Source: Podarcis melisellensis (lineage: Eukaryota). From it: a stretch of 64,000 bases of DNA. The first letter of the stretch is position 1, and each line of letters starts with the position of its first letter. This document shows, piece after piece, positions 1 through 12,269 of the stretch. The stretch lies in assembly GCA_964234715.1 (NCBI GenBank), contig OZ174275.1, one strand, 5' to 3'. The notes under the pieces were generated by a model, which saw only the letters and a program-made list of their open reading frames with translations, did no database searches and was not told where the DNA came from. The position numbers and the translations under genes were made by a program.

Positions 1-992
1 ACCCTAATCATTTCAAAAACTTAGGCCTAACACTGCCCTCTTAATGAAAGGATGTATCTTAACTGGAGGAGGGAAAAGAGAGGAAGCAGTGGGAGGTTAG
101 CACATGCAACAGACATTTAAAGAGGCACCACAATTTGGTCCCAAAATGTTTGTATCCAAAAGAAACAGCACTGGCACAAAATAATTAAGCCAGATGCATA
201 TATATAAGATAAGCTGGTTCTGCTTTCAACTGCTAAAAGGTTGCTAAAATATAGAATTTCTTGCAGCCTTCTACTTCAGAACACATTCCTCAGATTATTA
301 TCTTCCAACAAGCATACCAAAGTCTTTGTCCCAGGTAGTATCTGTCCTGGATTGGAATTGTTTTGCTGTATGCGGCAGTTTTAAACTGTTTTTATAATTA
401 TAATTATAATTGTTGTTGTTTAAACTGTGTTTATATGCAGTTGTTTTATCTGTTATGTTATACACACACACACAACCCCATCACATATAGAAAGATACAG
501 AGAGAATGGGGGAATATGAATTGCTTCAAGAGAGCAATCCAAAATTGTAATAAAATAATCTTCCCAGATGGTGACGTGTTTGACAATTGTCAGCAATCCC
601 TGCACACCTTCTCCAGCCCCTCCTATAACTTGATACTGTACTTAAAACATGACACTCGTCCAAGACAACAGGAGTCCCCTGTCTTCAAAACAACTGCAGA
701 ACACCCCCCATATACGGGCATTAAATAACTGTTTTACAGGCATTAAGTAACTCTATTTTGCAATATTCAGCTTTTGTGGGTTAAAGGCTCTCTACATCAA
801 CCTTTGCCAACCTGGGGCATTCCATGTTTTTGGAATACAACTTCCATTATCCTCAACCAGCGCAACTCTCAATATCTCCCCAGTTCCATAGACAGAAACT
901 AGCAGGAAGAGCTTGCTCAATCCCGGCAACAAAGTGAAGAAGCTTTACTTTCTAGTAATTCCCCAAGTAGAAGTATTTGATTGTTCAAAATA

Positions 993-1249
993 CCGTATTT
1001 TTTGCTCTATAAGACTCACTTTTCCCTCCTAAAAAGTAAGGGGAAATGTGTGCACGTCTTATGGAGCTAATGCAGGCTGTGCAGCTATCCCAGAAGCCAG
1101 AACAGCAAGAGGGATCACTGCTTTCACTGCACAGTGACCTCTCTTGCTGTTCTGGCTTCTGAAATTCAGAATATTTTTTTTCTTGTTTTCCTCCTCCAAA
1201 AATTAGGTCATCTTGTGGTCTGGTGCGTCTTATAGAGCGAAAAATATGG
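993..1249. mobile_element. Tc1/mariner-superfamily MITE (CCGTA termini, Tc2-like)
   Basis: TIRs CCGTATTTTTTGCTCTATAAGAC / GTCTTATAGAGCGAAAAATATGG; TA duplication on both sides; internal palindrome with about 30-bp arms at 1091-1161. Confidence 0.8.
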
Positions 1250-1514
1250 TAACCATTTCTGAAGCCACCATTGAAAATAAATTGTGAGGAAAGAGAATGA
1301 AGTCAGGAAGAGATCCCAAAAGATCCTGAATTAAAAAGGGGGATAGAAGTATGGCTAGCAGCTCACCATCACCAGTTATGGGTAGGAATCCAAAACCACA
1401 CTCTGATCATGCATAAATGGACACATTCAGGAAGCACATCATTCAGCAGCACTTCACGACTTTCCTCCCAAGTTCTTGTGCACACAAGACAGAACACAGG
1501 AAGTGGTTTTAAAT

Positions 1515-1820
1515 CAAGTCAAGCCATTGGTCAATCTAGCTCAGTATTTTCTCCATCAGTGGTGAGGAACCTATGGCCCTCTGAATGTTGTTGGGACTAC
1601 AACTTCCATCATCCCTGATCTTGGCCATGCTGCCTGGGGCTGATGGGAATGAGGTGTTCAACATCATCTTGAAAGCTACTGGCTTACATTGACTGGAACC
1701 AAGCTCTCCAGGCCAGGGTTTCAGGAAGGGGCTTTGCTCAACTCTATCTGGAGATGCCAACAACTGGACCTGGAACTTCTGCATGTAAGGAATGTGCTCA
1801 GCTATTGAACTACAGTGCTT
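1515..1820 (-). mobile_element. tRNA-derived SINE interrupted by a palindromic hAT-like MITE (about 1557-1690)
   Basis: Shares ...gaacctggaacttctgcatg...gctcagctattgaactacag with the copy at 9835-10050; insert has the ggactacaacttccatcatccc/gctgatggga core seen in other MITE copies. Confidence 0.5.
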
Positions 1821-1835
1821 CCCCTGCAACATAGC

Positions 1836-1836
<1 letters not shown>

Positions 1837-1870
<34 letters not shown>
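1837..1870. repeat. (CA)n microsatellite
   Basis: Direct reading. Confidence 0.95.
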
Positions 1871-1873
<3 letters not shown>

Positions 1874-4070
1874 GAAGAGGGAAGAAGTTGCAAGAAGACT
1901 AAACAAACTCTTTCCTGGTAAGCATTGTTGAAAAACGCACCTCCATTTTTCTTCTTTCTCCACTTTCAATCATGTTCTTCATAAGACTTCTTTATGCTTT
2001 TACTTTTAAAAAAGGCGTACACCTGAAAATGGGAGGTATGAACGCTAGCCACCTTAGTCATTGCCAAACTTGGATGTGTTGCCCCACATGTCCCAAATGC
2101 CCCTTACTCTTCCAATAGCCTTCCTCTTTTTATTCACTGAACACCTTTGCTTTGACACATGGACCCTTCTCAAGACCCAGTTCTTTGTTAAAGTTTTTCA
2201 TAGCTTGAAGGTCAACTTCTAGTTAGCATCTTAGCTCCTTCCTGCACTGCTGAGCTCCCTCTAACCCATGTGGTCAATTCTCCATGCATCCATGACCTTT
2301 CACCTCACAGCACCTTGTCACTGCACATTGCCAGAGGCACAGGGCAGAGGTGTCGGCCAGTACGTTAGCTCTGCCTATCAGTATTTTTAATATCACTACT
2401 ACTACCACCACTACGCCAGGTCCCAGGGAGGGGTTTCCACAATCTAAAGTTAAAACGGTTAAAATGAATTACAGTCCCAGGACTAGATGTTGCCAGATGC
2501 TGGACGTCCTCAGCCCCCTCTCACATTTCTGCCAGAGTTAGAAACATGACTCTATCCAAAGTCACAAAGCTAGAAAATTGCTCTAGCAGGACAACAGAGA
2601 TTCTGCACGTGGTCAGGAGCAGGAACGCCATGGACTTGCTGGCATGTGCCTATACCTTGGATACAGGTGGGGCTGGGTGAATCTTTTAACCATGAATTTA
2701 ATCAGCAGCCATAGTTATAACCCTTAAGAGAGAGAAGGATGGACATCAATGTGGGGTGGGAATCAGGAAGCTTGGTAAACTCTAACTTGCGCAGGTGTGG
2801 GTTGAGAATGACACCCAATGGTCAAGGGGTCAGGATGCCCCCTTCCCTAAATTAGCAGAAGGAAAAGGTACTGGTTGTGCATAGCTTCCATACACTTGAA
2901 TTTATATGCCCCAGACACCTTTTCCTTGGTGGGTGAGAGTTTTACAGCAGCGTACCTTTGGATCCTGATAGCATTTAAGTTAACAGCAGCATCTGTTCCA
3001 CTTGGCAAGTAGTCCAGTGGCCAGGAAGGAAGCGAAACACTCACACACTTTGCTTGTAATACAGCATTCAAAAAGAGAGGCCAGGGGAAAACTGTAACAA
3101 GACTGGGGTTTTAGTGACTGCCTTGACATTTTTTTTGCAAACTGGTGGATTTCAAAACAGAGGGCAAAAGCTCCAGGTCTGTGTTTTGTTCACCTGTTTC
3201 TCATTCTGGGATTTGCTCTCCCTGCTCCTGCGCCGAGAATGTTTTGCTTTTACTGGAAAGGCATCTGCCTTTGCCAAGCGTAGAGCAAAAGCCCCATGCG
3301 ATAGCTTTGTTCATTACTCAGCATGGACTTTGAACAGTTGCCACTCCCTGCGCAAGCAAGTTCCTTGTTCATGAAGAATGCAAAGGACACCATACACCCT
3401 TACAGGCAGGCATAGTCCTTTTCCAAAGGCGGCCCGAGTTTCTTCCACCCCCCTCCGCTCCGCCAGCTAGACTTTTGCAACAAAGCTTGGGCTGGCTGCA
3501 CTTAGGGCGCGTCCCTCACCAATTAGAACTGGCCCAGGGCAGAAAGGCAGAGCTTCACCCCCAACATGTGTCACACACACACAAGACTGGTTTAACTAGT
3601 TGATTTGATCTCACTTCAAGAGACTCACCTGGCTCCCTATCCCTACACACAGCCGCCCCCTGCAACCCCTCCAGGGATGTAGATTACATGCCTAACTAAT
3701 CAGGACTCTAGTGTCCCAGGCTTATACTCACCATTGCCTCACCTGGCCATATAAGGGGAAAGCTGAGCAGCTCCAGGAGAGGCAGATAGGAAAGCAGTGA
3801 TAAGGGTGTGGAAAGGAAGGGCTGACTTTGGAGGCCCCTCAAGAGAATGAGCGGAAGACATGAGATCAAGAGGGAGGGAAGGGAGTAAATCCATCTACTC
3901 AAGGCTCTGACATGCCTCAAGGACAGTTCAAAACACAATTCCATAATGAGGATAAATACATTTTATGCATGGGAAAGCAGCAGTTAAACAAAGGGGGGGG
4001 GACTAGCTTTAGGATTAGCTGAGTGTGGGGCATAAACAGAGATCAAATGAGAGATCAAAACTCTAAGACC

Positions 4071-4172
4071 TATAGAATCATAGAGTTGGGACCACAGGAG
4101 ACATCTAGTCCAACCAACCCCCTGCAGTGTAGGTATATTTTACCCAACGTGGGGCTCAAACCGACAACCCCC
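4071..4172 (-). mobile_element. tRNA-derived SINE with CR1-like tail (degenerate)
   Basis: Reverse complement resembles the copy at 37073-37210. Confidence 0.5.
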
Positions 4173-5079
4173 TTGTGGTTTCAGTGCGGATCCATGTCTG
4201 TAACAGGAGCTGGCTCCTTTCCCTTTTCTGGAAGTTCAAGTTAACTTGGGGGAAATGTACAAAACCAGCTACAACACAGTTTTTGGGATGGGCTGGAGGA
4301 GCAGAAGAGTCCAACTCCATGAAGCAACAGCGAAGCACACACCAAGAAACATGAGCCCTGGCCTGCTCAGACCAAGGTTACACCCCACATCTGACAGGAA
4401 GGGAGCAGCAGTTCTGAGGTGGAGGGAGGAGGGGAGGGAGTATGGAGCATATACACAACAGGAAAGGAAATGGTGCCGAGTCGGCAGCAGAACAGAGGGA
4501 AGGGATTGTTCCAGTGGTATGCCAGCAATCTGACTGCAGGGCAGCTGTCCTTCTGGGCAGTCAAAGGAGGGTTTTGTGCGTCCCTGTTTGAGGGTTGCCT
4601 CACTGGTAAACGGCATGAATCTATGACCTAGAAAGATGTAGGAAAAGTGAGGTGTCCGCTCCCCATTTCTGAACAGCTTGTATCCACAGTCCCAGATAGC
4701 CAAGAATAGCGGTACCACCCACATTCCATCTGTGTTCAACAGGTAAGGGTAAGTTACAGAGGACCACTGTCAACATGCACCAGTGTGGAATGACTAGTCA
4801 TGGGCTAGCTGCTAGCAGGATAACTGGCTAAGAGGCTGCAATGAGGAGGCATGGAGACTACAGACAGGTCACAATTAAGACAGCACAATAACTCTTGAGG
4901 CCACCAAGATCACACATTTTGGAGCCAGCCAAGCAACACCTGCCCATCTAATTAGTGAAGTCAGGAAATTAGTGGTATGGGTGGATCCACAAGGACTGAT
5001 CCCGGGGGTAAAGGGAAAAGTGCACACAAACATAGCACCAGGGACCACCCATTTCTGGTGACAAAGCAGCACAAGAACA

Positions 5080-5490
5080 GAAGCACGCAATGGGAGCATG
5101 CTGGACCAGCCCTATGGCCCATCTAGTCCAGCATCTTGTTCTCACAGTGGCCAGTCAGATGCCCACATGCAAGCTGGACCTGAGCACACCACCACTCTGG
5201 CCACCTGTGATCCCTTGCCACTGGTATTCAGAGGCATAGTCCTTCTGACAATGGGGGCAGAACATAGCCATTGTGGCTGGTAGTCACTGCTAGTTTTATC
5301 CTCAATGGATTTGCCTCATCCATCCTCTTTTAAAGCCATCCACGCGAATGGCCACCACCGCCTCCTGTGGGAGCAGGTTCCATAATTTAACCATGTGCTG
5401 CACGAGGAAGTGTTTGCTTTGTTTCTGTCCTGAATCTTCCAACATTCAGCTTCATTGGATGTCCACAAGCTCTAGTGTTATGCAGGGAGG
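5080..5490 (-). mobile_element. CR1-type LINE 3' fragment
   Basis: ggcccatctagtccagcatcttgttctcacagtggcc...aaagccatc...ttccataatttaaccatg; homologous in opposite orientation to 8530-8800. Confidence 0.6.
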
Positions 5491-8400
5491 TCTAGGCACC
5501 AAACTCATATGCCAGGTGTATGCCTCTTTCTCAGCAGGTTGGCTTTGTTCCCAGACTACTCACTGACAAAACCCTTAGTTGTTTTCCTGGCTCCCTTCAC
5601 CTGCTCCATCCTTTCATTGAACTAGTGCTACAAACAACTTCATAGTGTGCACACTATGCACACACACGCGCGCATACACACACACACTGCATCTCCTTTG
5701 GGGTGGGAGGAGAGGCAACATGCCAGAAGACTGACCACTGGGAGTCTGCGCTGCAGGCTTGCTCACTCCCCCCCTAGAATGGCTATAACTCTGGGCTACT
5801 TTGCAGGGTGAGTATAAACCACATTCTTTTAGCAGCATATCCATACCCCCCACAGTGCGGGTACAATAATGATAAACTTTACCTGTACTTGGAGAATATT
5901 TTTTAAAAAATGTTTTCCAACATTAATCATTTTATGTTTATTAAATATGGTCAAGATCAGCTCCTGTCTTTGCTGCTACTTTTCGTACAGACACATTTCT
6001 GACCTATCAAAGTTATACTAGTCTGCATTCCAAATTATTTTCTGTCCGCCAATCACTTTTCCACAAAGGAAGATGAAAAGAGCTTAGAAATGAACCAGGA
6101 AGTTCCTTCTCCAGATAATGGGTGAATCATTCTAGACTTCTTTCTGCCTTGCTTTCCTAAATGTCAGTCACTGCTATGACATCATTCATTAGCAAAACAC
6201 CACTTCAAAGGCAGGACCAGGCAAGTTTCTTGCAAAGGGAATGGACAGTATAATGCTCTCACCTTTTGTCCAATATTTTGGATTATACAGGGGCTAGGGC
6301 ATAAATAATAAGAATCAGGAAAGTTGGAAATTTGGGGTTATGGTTCATCATGGAGAGGAGGGAATGTACTCCCTCAAAGACAACTAGGATCAGTGGATTA
6401 ATTACGGTTCACAAAGTATACAGCCCCACAGCTGCTAAAACTATAGAAGATGCTTGCGCAAGTACAACTATTCATTGGGCCTTTGGGTACTTGTTAACTT
6501 GAAAAACCTAAACCAAGCACCACACTAGTCTAGTCATCAATGTAACTGTGGCTGATTGGGGAGTGGCATTTCTATACCTGAAGGTGGTACAGGAATGACT
6601 GCATATATCTGAGCTAGGAGTGCTTCACTGCTGCCTTAAATCAGATTATTACTAGTATTTATCAGCAGCACTGGTAGGATACATATCTGTGACAGATGCA
6701 TGCATCTACCAGAAGAACCAAGCGTTGTACACACTGGCTGTGTCCAACGTGCACTGGGAGCTCCCATATTTAATTTACGTATACACAGCCACAGAAGAAA
6801 CACACCAACCAAGATATCTCATCTCATACAAGTTCTATTTTCCTCCCCCTGAGAGGGAGGGGACAGATCTATGGATGAGGCAGTCAGTCAGGAAGAATTC
6901 AACGCTCCCAGCCTCCAAGCACAGGAGCTTTGCAAGTTGGGAGTTGAAAAATCTTTCGCAACACAAAAGGCCACTTTTCCCCCTCTGTGGGAATTTGCAG
7001 CTGAGCTCTGGGGACAAAGGGATTTCACAGGCACATACACAGACATCTCCCTTCTCTACGCGCCCCCCCCAACCACCACCTCCCCTCCAGCTTCCCCATT
7101 TCCTGTCACAGTAGCACCAGACCTCAGGCTCAGAAACAAACAAACACAGAGTACTGGATTCTGGGAAACGGGCCAGAGCATTCCAGGGCAGCCTGGCCAC
7201 CAATCAGGAGCAAGAGCTCCCACTTTACCCAGCAGTGCTCCTTATCATGTTAGAGGAAAAACAACCCTTCCTGGCTCCCTCCTCCTTCCCCACCCCAACC
7301 CCCACCCACCCCGCCAAAGCCAAGGCAGGATTTGACTGAAGAGGCGGCCGCTTGGCTCAAAGGGGCTGAAGCTTCAAGGATGTAGGGGAGAATGTGGAAG
7401 GAGAGAGGGAGGAGGAGAAGAACTGGTAATTACCAAGTTGGCCATTTTGCTACAAGAACGCCGCAACCAGCCATACGGCAACTCCTGGCTCAGCATTACC
7501 TATAAAAGCACAAAGCAACGTGGTGATAACATTCCACGTCGACAAACCAGTCAAGATTCCCTGTACAATCACTTCGAGGCTCGCATGCGTGATCCTCGGT
7601 GGGATCAAAACAGTCCCTTTGTTATAAAGGTACCTCAAAAACTCATTTGCAGGTGTTCCGTTCCAGCACTACTCTGCTTCAAAAAAACATTCAGGGAGAA
7701 AAGCCAGCTAGTTTTCAATTACAGCCTTACGGCAAATAGAATCTTGGCGTTCTTCAAGATAAGGCCCTGCCTATCAGCTGCACAGGAGCAAAGTCCTCTG
7801 CAGACAGCAACATTCGCCAGGAGGAATCATAGCCTGCCCTGGATACTGTCTGCAGGAAGCAGCCCCTAGGGAGCGGTCCGATGGCCAACGCCCAGCTGAC
7901 TAAATTTTGCATGCTCTTTTCATGCCAAGGAAGGAAAGGTAGCTAGCACACCTACTAGGCTTTCTGCATTAACTTTGGAGATAAAAGCTTCTTTTCTTCC
8001 TCCCTATTTCGCCTCAGCCAGAGGCTAGCTTGGCCTAAGGCACAGAGCATCACAACACTATATGGAGAGTTTCTGCCAAAGCAGCCAGTACCAACTTTGC
8101 AGGAAGCTCTGCATGTTTGAGATGGGAGCAGCTGCCGACTGTGCTTCTGGCACCCCCAACAAAAGGCTGCCTGCCCTGGTGTCCCAGTTCCAGCTACAAA
8201 AGCAGCGTCTGAAACCCCAAAACTGCTATCCTCCCTGCACCTAGCACAACAGAAGATAATTCTTAGGCCAAATGCCTATGTACACAAGGGAGCTTAAAAC
8301 AAACATATACTTATGCAGGCTGGCTGCCATGCCTCAAACTCTGCATCGCAAGCATGCTTTTACCCATGGGGCACAAGCACGAGCTCTCTCAGCAAACCTG

Positions 8401-8529
8401 ACATTCAGCCCTTAATGCTGGTGCTTGAACAGAGCGACAACCAAGTGAAGAAAGGTGTTTGGTCTCAGGTGCCCAAATGTTTGCGGCTGCCTCAGAGAAA
8501 TTCAAGATACATGGCATAGGTCCATTTTC

Positions 8530-8800
8530 ATAGCCCAGGAATGCAGCCCCACAATTTCCAGCAACAGCCAAGATGATATTTTTTTTGTGGAGGACCAGTG
8601 GCTACTAGCAACTGCAGCTATGACTGCCTCTGGTGTCGGGGGCAGGATGCCTCTGAATACCATTTGCTGGGAATCACAAGTGGGGAAGAATGCTGTTATG
8701 CTGAGGCCCTAATTGCAGGTTTCCCCACAGGCCTCCATCCGATTGGCCACTGTGAGAACAGGATGTTGGACTGGATGGGCCTTTGGTCTGACCCAGCAGG
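8530..8800 (+). mobile_element. CR1-type LINE 3' fragment
   Basis: ggccactgtgagaacaggatgttggactggatgggcctttggtctgacccagcaggg; reverse-complement similarity to 5080-5490 and 56220-56410. Confidence 0.6.
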
Positions 8801-9834
8801 GCACTTGTGGAGTTGTGGAGGCTTGGTCTCAACCAAGGCACTGGATGAAGGAAATACCTCCTTCAGCGCCCTGCAAATGGTTGCACTAGGAACTGTGTCA
8901 TCAGCTGGCTAAGCTACATCTCAGGAAGGAAAGGAGACAATGAATGTTGACTGCAAAAATAAATCAAGCTAGTAACTGATCTGAAGATGTAAGCTACATT
9001 AAGGGACAGCTTAACTTTTGAGAAAACCCTTTCTGCAGGAGCCTGCATCTTTTCCATTTGGGAATTCCTCAGAGCTAATAATTCCTTCAGTCGTAATAAT
9101 TACACAGAAAGCCTTGAGAACGGCAACAATCTTATCTGGAAATGTTGGGGGGGGGTCTATGCGGGCTTCCAATAGTTCTGAGTTAGTCCTTTACTGTACT
9201 GTTTGAAAAAAGCTTTTAACAAATCTACACACAAAACCCTCACATCCTTTCAATGCTCTGTGCTCTGTCACCTGTTTCTCCCCAAATGTCAGTGATATGA
9301 AAGTCTCCATCTTGTATGATTGGGACTCTAAAGGAAAAAAGTAGAAAAAATAGATCATCAACAACCCAATTCTGATGGCAGAATGTGAGTTTCCTTGCCT
9401 CAGAACCCAGTGCCCCCTAAAAATACACATGGTTAACATGTGCATGCCACAATGAGATACCGAATCCATCTTCTTGAAAATTTCAGCTTTCAATTAAAGA
9501 AAAAGCACAGAAGCAAGCTTCTAACCCTTATAGTTGTGGAGGTAAGTATGAAAGCATGGGGGGGGGGGCTTTGTGAAAGCTTGCAAAACAACTGTTGTTG
9601 ACTAGGATTTCCAGTGATTGGAGGAAGGGTTTTCCGGGTCCCTCGTAGACTTTGCACTAGTCATTGTATTCACCTTTTCCGTACAGGACTTGGATTGTTA
9701 AAACAAGCTCCATGCCTAGGCAGAATACACAGCCCTAACAGGGATGCTTGAGTCATCTTCTCCTTTCTTTATTTCACAAGCCCCACCTTGTAACGTCCCT
9801 ATTCTCATAGACTGGATCACTGTGAGAGAGCAAC

Positions 9835-10050
9835 ATAAGCTGCTGCTCTTTAACAGATCTGACTATTTGCCCATCGAGCCTAATACTGGTATACTATTGC
9901 TGACAGCAGCTCTTCAGCATCTCGGGCAGAGATGCCTTCCATCACCTGCTAACTGATTTTTTAACTAAACTGGAGGTGTGTGTGCCAGGGGTTGAACCTG
10001 GGGTTTTCTGCATGCAAAGCATGTGCTCTACCACTGAGTTATGGCCCCTC
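9835..10050 (-). mobile_element. tRNA-derived SINE
   Basis: Minus strand begins GGGGCCATAACTCAGTGGTAGAGCACATGCTTTGCATGCAGAAAACCCCAGGTTCAACCCCTGGCA (A and B boxes). Confidence 0.65.
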
Positions 10051-12200
10051 CCCACTTACATGGCACGGGGGGCAGGGCATACCCCTATCATGACGGTGCT
10101 GCATTATGTCCTAGGGATGATCAAAGACACACAGCATTCAAAGACACTCAGGCCCCAACTAACCCACAGAGCAAAACTCAAAAAAGCCTCTGTGTCATAG
10201 CCCAGGTGGTCCAGGCCATTTCCTCGTTCTCCAAACTGTATGCAAGATCAAAGCAGTGTACAACAACGTGCAAACAGCCTGGTAAGTTTGGCTAGCAAAC
10301 AGGAAGAGTGTGGGCACAGATCTGGTATAACAAGTGCTGCAGGTCTGTTCTTTTGGTACATGCCACACGGCTGCACAAGAGCAGGATCAAATGTTGCATG
10401 ACGCCAAACTGCTGTGGGTGTGGGCTCTGGGCAACTTCATATTCAGGCACTCAAAACTGTTAGCTAGAGTAGATATGATCTGCAGCACTGCCCCTGTTAG
10501 TGCCATCATCCCACTCTGCTGTTGTTGTTGCTGTTGTTGACAAAAGTCTTGCAGACACGGCACGCTCTCTCGCAAAGGAAAAAAAAGAGGCTGGCCTTTG
10601 CAGCAACACCTACACACAACTCCTAATAGAAGCATCCATTTCTCAGGACAGAAATCTTTTCTTTACTCTGTGGGGGGCACAGGACAAAGAGACGCATTAC
10701 CTTCCACCTAGCAGGCACTGAACAATTTTAGGGAATAAAAATGTAATCTCACTATATAGCACGGCCACTCTTCACAAGCTTTAAGTATTTGATTTAATTC
10801 TGTTCTCAGGCTTTGATGGGAGGCCTCCTGTGGGGTGGGGGCAGGGGGGACAATTTCACTTTTCCAGGTCAGAAAAATCCGGCTATTTATTAAATCTGAA
10901 GGATCAAGCTAGAGGACATGTCACCGATGCAAGACACACATTTCACAGGAATCCCCCTGCCTAGCAGATTAAGTCATTCAGTCCTCAGTTCACTACAGAA
11001 ATAGGTGTTCATTACAGCACTGGTGATGTTTTGGAGACATATCCGTTGCAGCATTTTGAGCAGGAGAAAGGATTATACATCCCTTGAATCCCTCATATAC
11101 ACACACAGCTCCCTGTGTTTTCCACTCAGCTACATCTGCATCCCACTGCAAATTTCACATACTAGTCTTGGCCCAACCCAGATACACAAAGCCCAGCAAA
11201 ATAGAAAACTAGCTACAGTTGAAATTAGGTGGCTTAAAACTAAAGAGACATAGAGCCACTCATTTAGTTGGTGGGGAAGTGGGAGGAAACATCAACGTCA
11301 TGCAAAAAGCTTTCAAAGCAAGCCCTTTTGTTGTTCAGGCAGAAAGGAAGGAAGCAAACAAGGATTTCCTGGTCAGACAGGAAATGACATTGTGTTTAGA
11401 AACTTGCAGGAAAGAGAAGGCAAGTTTGCCTAGTGAACACTCAATTTTGTCTTGCCTGAAAGGAGCAAGGGTGCAGGACGATCATTCTGAGGGAGCACAG
11501 CACTGACACCCAGACTTATTCCCCAAAGGATTCCTAATCTATGCTTTTCTTTTACAGCTGTGGAGCAGTTGCCTCCTTTAACAACTCCAGACTCACTCAT
11601 ACTCTCCGTTCCTCCTGCCAACCAGGGACACAAAGCTGAGCATTTACCTCCTGATGTTCCCTCTTTGAACATATTCATTTTACCTCCTCCCCACACCTCA
11701 CTAGCTAAACACCAGAATGCTGTCACTCACACCTAGACCACAGGTACACCTGTTAAGTTACTCTTTGACTTGAGCACATCAAACCTCAATCCTACTACCT
11801 GGCAAGTGACAGACACTATATATGGTGATATGCCTTCCTTAGATTGGGACACCAATGCACTAAAGGTTCCTAACAGTGAGAACATTTTCGGAACTCCCCT
11901 CCTATAGATGACTCAGATGTATAATACCTAGAAGCTGCTTATGACATTATGAGAAATCAGCTGTGTTATTTTCACAGCTACTACAGATAACAGTTGTGAG
12001 TTAGCCAGGCACCCTCTCATACCCAGACACATTACTCAATGTGGAAGAAATCTGATGTGACATTTCCTGTGTGCCAATGACTGATAGGCCACTCAAGGAG
12101 GGCATCAGCAAGTAAAGGGCAATGACAACTAGCACAGTGGGTCCCACACATTTTTCCCCACAGATCACCCAAAAATTGCTAAAGGTCCTGGCAGACCACT

Positions 12201-12216
12201 TCTATCTATCTATCTA

Positions 12217-12263
<47 letters not shown>

Positions 12264-12269
12264 ATCTAT
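12201..12269. repeat. (TCTA)n microsatellite
   Basis: Direct reading; two interruptions. Confidence 0.95.

Noticed and set aside
6689-7335. Overlapping 122-154-aa ORFs in CTNND1 intron 1
   Set aside because: No domain or homology recognised; compatible with chance.
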